From Spirochaetaceae bacterium (GTDB lineage: Bacteria; Spirochaetota; Spirochaetia; DSM-2461): DNA of 64,000 nt. The stretch spans positions 160,001 through 224,000 of the forward strand of contig JAOPTT010000001.1 of assembly GCA_051531975.1 (NCBI GenBank), written 5' to 3'. Positions 1-8,877 of this stretch are shown in pieces (the first letter of the stretch is position 1; each line of letters starts with the position of its first letter). A program made the translations under genes and the position numbers. The notes under the pieces were generated by a model. It saw only the letters and a list, made by a program, of their open reading frames with translations. It did not search any database and had not been told where the DNA came from.

Positions 1-262
1 GTTTACCATGTTCCAGTGCTTTTTCAAAAAGTTCTATATGTTTAAAATGGGGAAGACAAATAGTAATAACATCCACATTATGATTTATTAAAAGCTCACT
101 ATAATTATATGACGATTCACAGTTAAATAGCTCGGCCATCTTATCTGCTTTATTAGTATCAATATCACAAACAAACAATAAATTACCATTTGGGTCATCC
201 ATTATTGCAGAACAATGTACTTTACCAATCACTCCACATCCAACAACAGCATAATTTACCAT
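1..262 (-). CDS. Gfo/Idh/MocA-family oxidoreductase (N-terminal part; runs off the window)
   Basis: Hand translation from ATG at 262 gives MVNYAVVGCGVIGKVH...VDVITICLPHFKHIELFEKALEHGK, with a Rossmann GxGxxG motif and a GGAG RBS. Not in the ORF track. Confidence 0.85.
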   Translation of the reverse strand, partial: MVNYAVVGCGVIGKVHCSAIMDDPNGNLLFVCDIDTNKADKMAELFNCESSYNYSELLINHNVDVITICLPHFKHIELFEKALEHGK

Positions 263-338
263 AAAAACTCCTTACATATAGTTAATTTATAGTAATACAG
301 TAATTTCCATGCTAACATTGTCAAAAAAGGAGAAAGGC

Positions 339-1169
339 ATGGATAAAACCGTCCACTTTTTAGAGACCATACCAACTGATAGTCTAACTTTGTCATTAAA
401 TTCAGAACCTTTTATTCAGAAACAACATTCAAGTTACTGGTCAATAAATAATCAGATCTATAAAGACTACAATCTGTTTATCTGTACTGGTGGAAAGGCG
501 GAATTCACCCAGAATAGCAAAAGTGTAATTTTAGAGAAAGGAAAAGCTTTTTTGACAAAACCAAATATTCCACTATATGCAAAACATATTGGGGATGACT
601 ACTTCAGAGCTACAGCTCAGCATTTTAATTTAAAAGTATTTGGTGAATTAGATTTTTTCTCTCTGATAAACTACAGACAACTACAAGAGTTTCTTGATTG
701 GACCTATGTTAAGAGTAATTTAGATAGATATAAAAAACTTGTAACCACACAGTCAAAGAGACTAGAACAACACGCCCTATTTAATATTATACTTATGGAA
801 TTTATATATAATTCCTTTGAATCAGACAATATTCCCAATAATGAGAATTATAATTTTATTTTTCAGATGTTATCTTATATACAAAAGAATTACACAGATA
901 AGGATGTATTAGAAAAAGCTCTCAAACATTCACCATACAGCCACGATTATACAAGTCGTGTTTTCAGAAAAAGGGTTGGATTACCACCAAAACAGTTTAT
1001 TCTTGAATCTAGGTTAACAAATAGTAGGAATCTTCTACAACAAGGTATTCCAGTTAAAGAGATATCATTCCGTTGTGGTTTTAACGATGAGCTCTATTTC
1101 AGCAGACTGTTTAAAAAACATATAGGTATCAGTCCTACAGAATTTAGGAGACAATATATTAGTCATTAA
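339..1169 (+). CDS. AraC-family transcriptional regulator
   Basis: N-terminal cupin-like region and C-terminal double HTH (ISFRCGFNDELYFSRLFKKHIGISPTEFR). AAGGAG RBS precedes ATG 339. Divergent from the oxidoreductase. Confidence 0.9.
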   Translation: MDKTVHFLETIPTDSLTLSLNSEPFIQKQHSSYWSINNQIYKDYNLFICTGGKAEFTQNSKSVILEKGKAFLTKPNIPLYAKHIGDDYFRATAQHFNLKVFGELDFFSLINYRQLQEFLDWTYVKSNLDRYKKLVTTQSKRLEQHALFNIILMEFIYNSFESDNIPNNENYNFIFQMLSYIQKNYTDKDVLEKALKHSPYSHDYTSRVFRKRVGLPPKQFILESRLTNSRNLLQQGIPVKEISFRCGFNDELYFSRLFKKHIGISPTEFRRQYISH

Positions 1170-1320
1170 AGTCTCTTAATTCTATAAAACCTGCAAAATG
1201 CATTGAAGTAGACGAAATCATACGATAGAAACTATCAAAAAATTCAATAAAACAAAATAAACTTTAAATAAAATACGATAATGTGTATTATTATTGTATT
1301 TTATTAGAGGAGAACTTAGT

Positions 1321-3609
1321 TTGAAAAATAGATATTTAATTTTAATCCTTTTAATATTTGGCAGTTATTATATTTTTTCTTTAGATTCAATTGAGCCTAA
1401 AACCGCATTAATTATAGCAAACTCAAATTATACTAATTTTACAAAGCTTGCTAATCCAGTAAATGAAGCCAAAGAACTCAAAAGCACATTAGAATCCCTT
1501 GGTTTTGAAGTATTTATTGCAGTAGATACAACAAAAGAAACCTTACAAGAGACTGTTCTTGATTTTAAATATAGACTATTAGAAAAAGGTGGTACTGCAC
1601 TGTTTCATTATGGTGGACATGCCGTTCAAATAGATGGACAAAACTATATAATTCCGGTTAATGCAAAATTTCAAGATGAATCAAGAGCTAAAATATATGG
1701 AGTTAATTTAAATGACATTCTTAGTACGATTGACTCCTCTAATTCTGAAACTAATATTGTAATCCTTGATGCTTGTAGAGATAACCCTCTTAAAAGTTCA
1801 ACTAGATCAGCAACACGTGGACTTTCAGTTATAAATATTGCACCAAAAAACTCAATTGTTGTTTATTCTGCTCAAGCTGGGATGGCAGCTGTTGATGGAT
1901 TATTTACACCAAGCCTTATTAAACATATAAAATCAAAAAAAAATCTATTAGAAATAATTCAAGATGTTAGATCTGAGGTATATGAGAAATCTAATGGGGC
2001 ACAACTTCCAGGAACATATGAGCAGCTTTTTGAACCAATATATCTTCATGGGAAACCAAAGATTAAAGTTGTAGAGAAAGGTAGAGTTCATATAACATCC
2101 AAAGAGTCAGGAGAAGTATTTATTGATGAAAAATTTCATTCTAAAATTAAAAAGAACAGTTATCTTTTTATCGAGGACTTAAGTTATGGTAATCACCAAG
2201 TCACACTTACTTACCCGAGCTACTCAGATGTACAAGAAATTAATGTTACTGAAAAAAGAGTGTCAGTAATTGATTCTATATGGGAAGAAAACCCTACAGG
2301 AACAATAGATCTGTTTTGTGATGTTGATGTTGATATATATGAAAAGGATAATTTCATTGGGTCAATAAAAAGTAACAGTAATAATATTATAAGTAATCTA
2401 AGTGAGGGTAAACATCAATTTGAGTTTAGGAAAGGTGATAAAACTTTAGGTTTTAGAAATATATTTATTGAAAGAAATCAAGTAACTAAATCATCTATTA
2501 CTTTCCCAAAGGAAAAGGAATTTAAATTAATAGTGAATTTCCCATATGGAGAGGTTAGAGTATCGAGTAATAATAGGCTTATTAAATCATCAGGTTATAA
2601 CACGTATATTATCCCAAGAGGTAAAAATAAAATATTGCTTGAAAATCCACTTGTTGAATCTGCTTTTTTTAATGTCAGTGATAATAACAAGGATACAGTT
2701 ATATATGACTGGGAAGATTATATTTTGAAGAATGGAAGACTAAATATTATAGGACTTCCTAAAGAAAGTAAGGTAGACCTTATTAGCAAAAATGATATTA
2801 CTTATAGTTATATAACTGATAATAATAATACATGGAATTCACCAGATGAAATTATGGTTGGTGAATACACTGTTTCTCTGACAGGTCCATTTATAGAAAA
2901 GAATGTTTTTAAAATTAACATTGCAGAAAATGTCGATAGTATCTTTTATTATAATGATGAGATATACAGTAGTTTACAAATTGAAAAAGTAAAAGACTCT
3001 CCAAGTTTAAAGGTAGAAATTACTGACTTATATAACCCGTCAGCACCAGTACTAAATATAATATTAGATGATAAAAGTGCTAATGAAATACGTCTGAATG
3101 ATAGTAAATATAGAATATTAATTTCTAACGCCGATGATATCGCTCCTTCAAATTCATACTATAGGACATTAGAACCAGGTGAATCAGTATTTCTAAACGT
3201 TGGTGAAATTGAAGACTCTATACCAAAAAAAATAGAAAAGACTAAATATGATATCTTGTTATCAAATAAATTAAAAAATGATCCAAAATTAAAGGTATCA
3301 AGAAATATGTCAATTGTTAGTGCTAGTATGTTATTAGGAGGACTATCTACAATGGCTTTAACTTTACCAAACGTTGATTTCTCATTTAATGAAGATACTA
3401 CACCTTCTGATTATGATACAGCCTTTTTCACTGGACTACAAATAGTTAGTGTCTCAGGTATATTAATTTTAGTATCTGTTATAATTGGAGCAACTTCAGA
3501 TTTTGATGGTGATGCAAAACAACTAAGTACAGAATACGGTAAAATATTATACCAATTTGAACAGATAAACCTAAACTTGCCTGATTATATGAAAAGCTGG
3601 AGTAAATGA
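1321..3609 (+). CDS. Exported caspase-family (peptidase C14) protein with PEGA-like repeats and a C-terminal hydrophobic hairpin
   Basis: Signal-peptide-like N-terminus; ALIIANSNY, L.NPVNEA, FHYGGHA and ILDACRDNP caspase motifs; beta-rich repeats; two hydrophobic segments near the C-terminus. AGGAG RBS before TTG 1321. Confidence 0.85.
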   Translation: MKNRYLILILLIFGSYYIFSLDSIEPKTALIIANSNYTNFTKLANPVNEAKELKSTLESLGFEVFIAVDTTKETLQETVLDFKYRLLEKGGTALFHYGGHAVQIDGQNYIIPVNAKFQDESRAKIYGVNLNDILSTIDSSNSETNIVILDACRDNPLKSSTRSATRGLSVINIAPKNSIVVYSAQAGMAAVDGLFTPSLIKHIKSKKNLLEIIQDVRSEVYEKSNGAQLPGTYEQLFEPIYLHGKPKIKVVEKGRVHITSKESGEVFIDEKFHSKIKKNSYLFIEDLSYGNHQVTLTYPSYSDVQEINVTEKRVSVIDSIWEENPTGTIDLFCDVDVDIYEKDNFIGSIKSNSNNIISNLSEGKHQFEFRKGDKTLGFRNIFIERNQVTKSSITFPKEKEFKLIVNFPYGEVRVSSNNRLIKSSGYNTYIIPRGKNKILLENPLVESAFFNVSDNNKDTVIYDWEDYILKNGRLNIIGLPKESKVDLISKNDITYSYITDNNNTWNSPDEIMVGEYTVSLTGPFIEKNVFKINIAENVDSIFYYNDEIYSSLQIEKVKDSPSLKVEITDLYNPSAPVLNIILDDKSANEIRLNDSKYRILISNADDIAPSNSYYRTLEPGESVFLNVGEIEDSIPKKIEKTKYDILLSNKLKNDPKLKVSRNMSIVSASMLLGGLSTMALTLPNVDFSFNEDTTPSDYDTAFFTGLQIVSVSGILILVSVIIGATSDFDGDAKQLSTEYGKILYQFEQINLNLPDYMKSWSK

Positions 3610-5924
3610 TGAATATAAAATATTTAATAACAACAGTACTTTTAATGATATGTAATTTATCTATTTTTTCAGATGAACTAGGTAAAAATGCACTATTAAT
3701 TGCAAATGAAGATTATAAATCTCTATCTGCTTTATCCACCCCTATCCAAGAAGCTAGATCCTTAAAAATTAAATTAAGTGAGATTGGGTTTAATGTAATT
3801 CTATTAGAAAATTCTAATAAAGAAGAAATGCAAGAAGCATTATTAGAGTTTGAGGATATACTAAATAAAGATGCAGGCATCGCTTTATTTCATTATGGTG
3901 GTCATGCAGTTCAAATTGATGGAAATAATTATCTTCTACCAGTTGATAGAAAAATAACTAATGAAGATAAAGCAAAAATATACGGACTAAATATTAACGA
4001 AGTCAGTTCAATTATGGATATTTCAAATTCAGAATCAAATATAGTTATTATTGATGCATGTAGAAATAACCCTCTACCCGGAACATCGAGGTCTGGAGCG
4101 AGAGGTCTTAATGTTGTAGGACAACAACCCCAAAACTCTGTTATTGTCTATTCAGCCCAAGCTGGGAATGTGGCCTTAGATGGTTTATTTACGCCGGCAC
4201 TAATAGATAAGATAGACAATACATCCTCTTTTGGACAGATAATTCAAGAGGTGAGAAAAGAGGTTTTTGAAAAGTCTAATGGAAGGCAACTACCTGGATC
4301 TTATGAACAGTTATTCAGCAATATATATTTAAATGGCAATAAGCAAACAATAAAACAAGAACAATTTGGTCATTTATATGTAACTTTTAAAGAAACAGGA
4401 AAACTTTTTATTAATAATAAAGAACAAGTAACCAATTTGGATTCTAGTTCAATTTTAATTGATGATTTGGCCCCTGGAGATTATGTTATCAAAATGATAT
4501 ATCCCAGTAATGAAGAGTCAAGTGATGTAAAAATTATATCAGGGAAAACTAATATCATTAATTTCCAATGGGACAAGCCAGAAATATATGATTTATCGAT
4601 TAATAGTGAAATAAGTGGTGATTTATATATCGATGATAGACAATACAAGGGTATTATCCATGAAAATATAAATACTATATCACTTATAAAGGGACAATAT
4701 AGGTTAAAGTTAGTTTCTACCGAGAATGTATATTATAGAGATATCATCCTAGAAGCTAACAAGACAATATTTATTAAAAAATTGAAGACTGAAGACTCTG
4801 TAATACATGTTAATAGTGATATAGATTTTGAGCTGTATGTAGATGATATTGAGATTGAGAATGTAGGTGAAAATACATTCTATATAAAGCCGGGAAAACA
4901 CTTAGTTAAATTAAAAACTAAAAGTAATAAAATTGATGAATATGAACTAAATCTATCTCCGGGAGAGAGAAAAGATCTATCTGTAAAATTGTTTAACAGT
5001 GATTATGGTTCAATAAAAGTTGATAACGTACCAATTGGATCAATATTAAATATGTATGGTGATAATGGACATATTTATCAATTTAAGACTGATTCAATTT
5101 CATGGGAAAGTCCCAAAAATATATCACCAGGGAAATATAAATATAATATTAGTGGAAAATATATTGATTCATATTCTAATAATCTAAGTATAGTTAATAA
5201 TAGGACTTCAGTCATTAGAGAATCCTTAACAACGTTAGGTCTCTTAGATCTATCTAATAATAGTAATTCTGATATTAGGTTAACGATTCTTCCAAATAGT
5301 ATAAAGACAAAAAGCACTGTAGAGATAAATCTAGGAATAAATGAACATAATTTATTAAAGTTACAACCTGGTGAGTATTATATTTATTATAGTAAAATAG
5401 ATGATACTGCTCCATTTAAACGGGAGGTTATTAATATTTTAGATTCAAAAAAAGAGATATTTAATATAACTGAAATTGGGTTTTCGACCCATTTTTATTT
5501 AGAAGAAATTTCTGAAGAATTATTAACTACAAAGATAGAATATGATTTATTATCAAAGAAAGTTGTTGCTAAAAATAGATTAGCTGATGTTGAATATGTA
5601 TTTGGATCAATTGTATCTTTATGTGCTGTTTTGTTAAAAGTTGGTTCAATAGATTCTGACAATGAAGACTTATATAGTAATATAGCCCTAGGATTTGGTG
5701 CTGGTGGTATATCCTTTATTGGACTTGGTTATCTAACTTCCGGGAAACAACTTACAGATTTCGAATACTCTGAGACTCTATTGTCCAAACATTTAAATAA
5801 GAATTTACCTAAAAGAGATATTTTAGAAAAAATATCTGAGTTAGAGAGTATTAAAGCTACGGCACTAAAAACATACCTTACAGATGATATACATATGAGA
5901 TCCTGGAACTACATATACCAATAA
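3606..5924 (+). CDS. Second exported caspase-family (C14) protein with PEGA-like repeats and a C-terminal hydrophobic hairpin
   Basis: Same architecture and motifs (FHYGGHA, IIDACRNNP). ATGA overlap with the upstream paralogue. Confidence 0.85.
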   Translation: MMNIKYLITTVLLMICNLSIFSDELGKNALLIANEDYKSLSALSTPIQEARSLKIKLSEIGFNVILLENSNKEEMQEALLEFEDILNKDAGIALFHYGGHAVQIDGNNYLLPVDRKITNEDKAKIYGLNINEVSSIMDISNSESNIVIIDACRNNPLPGTSRSGARGLNVVGQQPQNSVIVYSAQAGNVALDGLFTPALIDKIDNTSSFGQIIQEVRKEVFEKSNGRQLPGSYEQLFSNIYLNGNKQTIKQEQFGHLYVTFKETGKLFINNKEQVTNLDSSSILIDDLAPGDYVIKMIYPSNEESSDVKIISGKTNIINFQWDKPEIYDLSINSEISGDLYIDDRQYKGIIHENINTISLIKGQYRLKLVSTENVYYRDIILEANKTIFIKKLKTEDSVIHVNSDIDFELYVDDIEIENVGENTFYIKPGKHLVKLKTKSNKIDEYELNLSPGERKDLSVKLFNSDYGSIKVDNVPIGSILNMYGDNGHIYQFKTDSISWESPKNISPGKYKYNISGKYIDSYSNNLSIVNNRTSVIRESLTTLGLLDLSNNSNSDIRLTILPNSIKTKSTVEINLGINEHNLLKLQPGEYYIYYSKIDDTAPFKREVINILDSKKEIFNITEIGFSTHFYLEEISEELLTTKIEYDLLSKKVVAKNRLADVEYVFGSIVSLCAVLLKVGSIDSDNEDLYSNIALGFGAGGISFIGLGYLTSGKQLTDFEYSETLLSKHLNKNLPKRDILEKISELESIKATALKTYLTDDIHMRSWNYIYQ

Positions 5925-5984
5925 TTTAACTAAAAATTTATGTAGAGAATATGAGTTTCCATGAAATATAGACCAGAAACACTA

Positions 5985-8225
5985 TCAGAGCATTGAGGTT
6001 TTAATTGCTTTATCAAGTTGCCTAATAGTGAAAGGCTTCTTAACAAAACCATTAAGCCCTTTTTTCTCTAATTCTGATAAATCTGTATCGTGAATATACC
6101 CTGACATTATTATTATTGTACATTTTGGATTTAGTTCTTTTAACTTAATAAAAACTTCTTTTCCACCTAAACCAGGCATAATAATGTCTAGTAAAACTAA
6201 ATTAAAAGAATCAGGACTATTAGAATAAATATCAATGGCTTCTTGCCCATTAGACGCTAACGTTACTGTATACCCTATAGACTCAAGTAACTCTTTTCCT
6301 AAAGTTCTATTTAGCTCTTCATCATCTACAAACAAAATACTTTCGGCACCACCGATACTGATAGGTTTTTCACTTGATGGTGAAATCTCTTTTATTTTAT
6401 CCACTGGGAAATAAAGCTTAAAACATGTTCCTTCCCCAACTTTTGAGTTTACAAGTATAAATCCTTTATGTTCTTGTATTATTTGTAAAGATGAAGTTAA
6501 CCCTAATCCAGTACCAACCTCGACTGTTTTTGTTGTAAAAAAAGGATCAAATATTTGATTTATATTAGTATCAGGGATTCCACAACCTGTATCTGTAACA
6601 CTAATTAAACAGTATTTACCAGAAATAACTTTAAGACTATTATTCAATATAAAGTCATCACTTATATCAATATTTGATATATGATAAGTTATGATCCCTT
6701 CCTCTTTAATGGAGTGGCTAGAGTTAATACCCAGATTCAAAAAAATACTTTCTAATGTTGAAAAATTCCCTAAAACAAAATCATTATCTGTATCATTAAT
6801 TACATCTAATTTTATTGATTTATTTATTGTCTGTTTCAATAAACTTACTGCTTCTTTTACAATACTATTTAAAGATAAACTGTTTTTTACATTTTCATGT
6901 TTTCGACTAAATTTTAGCAATTGTTTTGTTAATTCAACAGCCCGATCAGAAGATTTTTTTATCATCTCTATATATTTGAGATGGTTACCATTGAATTCCT
7001 TTGATTTCATTAATAATAATTCCACAGATGATGTGATACCAGTTAATATATTATTAAAATCATGAGCTACACCACCAACTAATTGACCAAGAGAGTCTAT
7101 TCTTTGCATCTGATTTACTTGTTCATTAAGTGCTTGTTTTTCTTTTTTAATGTTAAAATTATCTGTCGTATCTTTTCTTATAGTTGCAAAGTTTGTAACT
7201 TCTCCCAACTCATTAAATATTGGAGAAATTGATATATCTTCAACATTATTACCACGGGTTGTCATAGAAATAGAATTATTTAATGAGTAAAACTTACCTG
7301 ATAATAATGAACGAATCAATTCGTTATTAATTATACCATTATCATCTATAAATTCTTTAGAATAAGAACCTATAACTTGATTTTTATTTAATCCTGAATG
7401 GTATAAATAAGTATTATTAACATATGATATTTTCCCTGATACATCCAAGATTTCAACAGAATCTTGAAATTGTTCAATAGCATCTAAAAGTATTTTCTTT
7501 TCTAATTCAATTTCATGTGTTTTAGTTATATCTTCTTTTATTGCCAAATAATTTATAATATTATTATCACTGTCAAACAGTGGTTTTATTCTAGCACTCT
7601 CATAATATAATTCCCCAGTTTTTTTCTTATTAGTAAAATAACCAACCCATTCTCTTCCTTGCCTGATTGTGGCCCACAAATCATCATAAGTTGATCTGGG
7701 GGTTAAACCACTTTGTAATATATCAGGATTTTTCCCAATCACTTCCTTGTATTTATATCCAGTAAGGCTACAAAATTGACTGTTTACATATTCAATATTT
7801 CCTTCTGCATCTGTAATTAAAACTGAAACAGGTATTTTTGATAATATTAAATCATTTAAACTTTCTCTAGTTTTAAATCCTTCTAATCTATTTGTCTCTT
7901 CTGGAATCCATTTTTTTAGTATTATAAACATTGTTACGATTGAAATAACAAGATTTAATATTTTAGGAATAAAAACAAATTGAGGTTGAGCTAAGAAATT
8001 ATAAAATGAGATATCTATTAAACCTGATAAAGAAGTATACCATACACCAAAATATGTACTTTCAAAAAGTGTTCTAAACGCATCTAATAACAAAATTATA
8101 ATTAAAAGTAGAACAAGTTTATCAGTAATTTTTTTTCTTACTATTCTTTTTACATAGATAATAAATATCATAAACCAGAAAATAATTAGAAGCCAATAAA
8201 TTATAGGAGTAATATATTTAAACAT
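5985..8225 (-). CDS. Membrane-bound hybrid sensor histidine kinase (3 TM, 2 PAS, HisKA, HATPase, REC)
   Basis: GVAHDFNN H-box, DTGCGI and GTGLGL ATPase boxes, receiver motifs FVDDE/LLDIIMP/KPF. Confidence 0.9.
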   Translation of the reverse strand: MFKYITPIIYWLLIIFWFMIFIIYVKRIVRKKITDKLVLLLIIILLLDAFRTLFESTYFGVWYTSLSGLIDISFYNFLAQPQFVFIPKILNLVISIVTMFIILKKWIPEETNRLEGFKTRESLNDLILSKIPVSVLITDAEGNIEYVNSQFCSLTGYKYKEVIGKNPDILQSGLTPRSTYDDLWATIRQGREWVGYFTNKKKTGELYYESARIKPLFDSDNNIINYLAIKEDITKTHEIELEKKILLDAIEQFQDSVEILDVSGKISYVNNTYLYHSGLNKNQVIGSYSKEFIDDNGIINNELIRSLLSGKFYSLNNSISMTTRGNNVEDISISPIFNELGEVTNFATIRKDTTDNFNIKKEKQALNEQVNQMQRIDSLGQLVGGVAHDFNNILTGITSSVELLLMKSKEFNGNHLKYIEMIKKSSDRAVELTKQLLKFSRKHENVKNSLSLNSIVKEAVSLLKQTINKSIKLDVINDTDNDFVLGNFSTLESIFLNLGINSSHSIKEEGIITYHISNIDISDDFILNNSLKVISGKYCLISVTDTGCGIPDTNINQIFDPFFTTKTVEVGTGLGLTSSLQIIQEHKGFILVNSKVGEGTCFKLYFPVDKIKEISPSSEKPISIGGAESILFVDDEELNRTLGKELLESIGYTVTLASNGQEAIDIYSNSPDSFNLVLLDIIMPGLGGKEVFIKLKELNPKCTIIIMSGYIHDTDLSELEKKGLNGFVKKPFTIRQLDKAIKTSML

Positions 8226-8292
8226 ATAATAAGTATAGTATAATTATTATAATTAAAATAATTAAAATAATTAAAATTTAAATTATAGCTGT

Positions 8293-8877
8293 TTAAAACA
8301 GAGTAATATCACTCTTTGATTCTTTCTCATACTTAGAAAGACTTTTAATATATTCTTCTTCTTTTTCTATAGCTTTATCTATAGCCATTTCCTTAACAAA
8401 AACAGTATTTTCCCCGGTCAGGAAATATAATTTTCTTCCGTAATTATTACCAACATTTTCACTTTCGATTGGAATACCTTCCATTTTTAAAAACTCTCGT
8501 GCAAAAGAAATATTTTTATATCCTATAGATTGAATAGTATCTTGTTTAATAATAATATTTCCACCTCCAAAAATCTTACCTGTAAGGTTTTTTCTTAAAG
8601 CGCCTTTTTTTTGCATCTCAGAAATTAATATTTCCATAGCTTTAATACCATAACGCATTGGTTTATCAGTTAAATGTTCTTTTGAAAATGTACTATTACC
8701 TTCAGGTAACATAAAATGATTCATACCACCAACATTATTTATAACATCAAATAGACACACAGAGATACAAGATCCTAGTACAGTAGAAATAACCTCACCT
8801 TTTGTACCAATATAGAGTTCACCAGCGTATATCGTTATTATTTCATGTTTAAATTTTGGATGATACTTTTTATGCAT
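8293..8877 (-). CDS. cheD: Chemoreceptor glutamine deamidase CheD
   Basis: TVLGSCISVCL, GGMNHFMLP and KIFGG motifs. Confidence 0.92.
   Translation of the reverse strand: MHKKYHPKFKHEIITIYAGELYIGTKGEVISTVLGSCISVCLFDVINNVGGMNHFMLPEGNSTFSKEHLTDKPMRYGIKAMEILISEMQKKGALRKNLTGKIFGGGNIIIKQDTIQSIGYKNISFAREFLKMEGIPIESENVGNNYGRKLYFLTGENTVFVKEMAIDKAIEKEEEYIKSLSKYEKESKSDITLF

Noticed and set aside
8240..8290. AATTAAAAT short tandem repeats
   Set aside because: Low-complexity AT sequence expected at this base composition.
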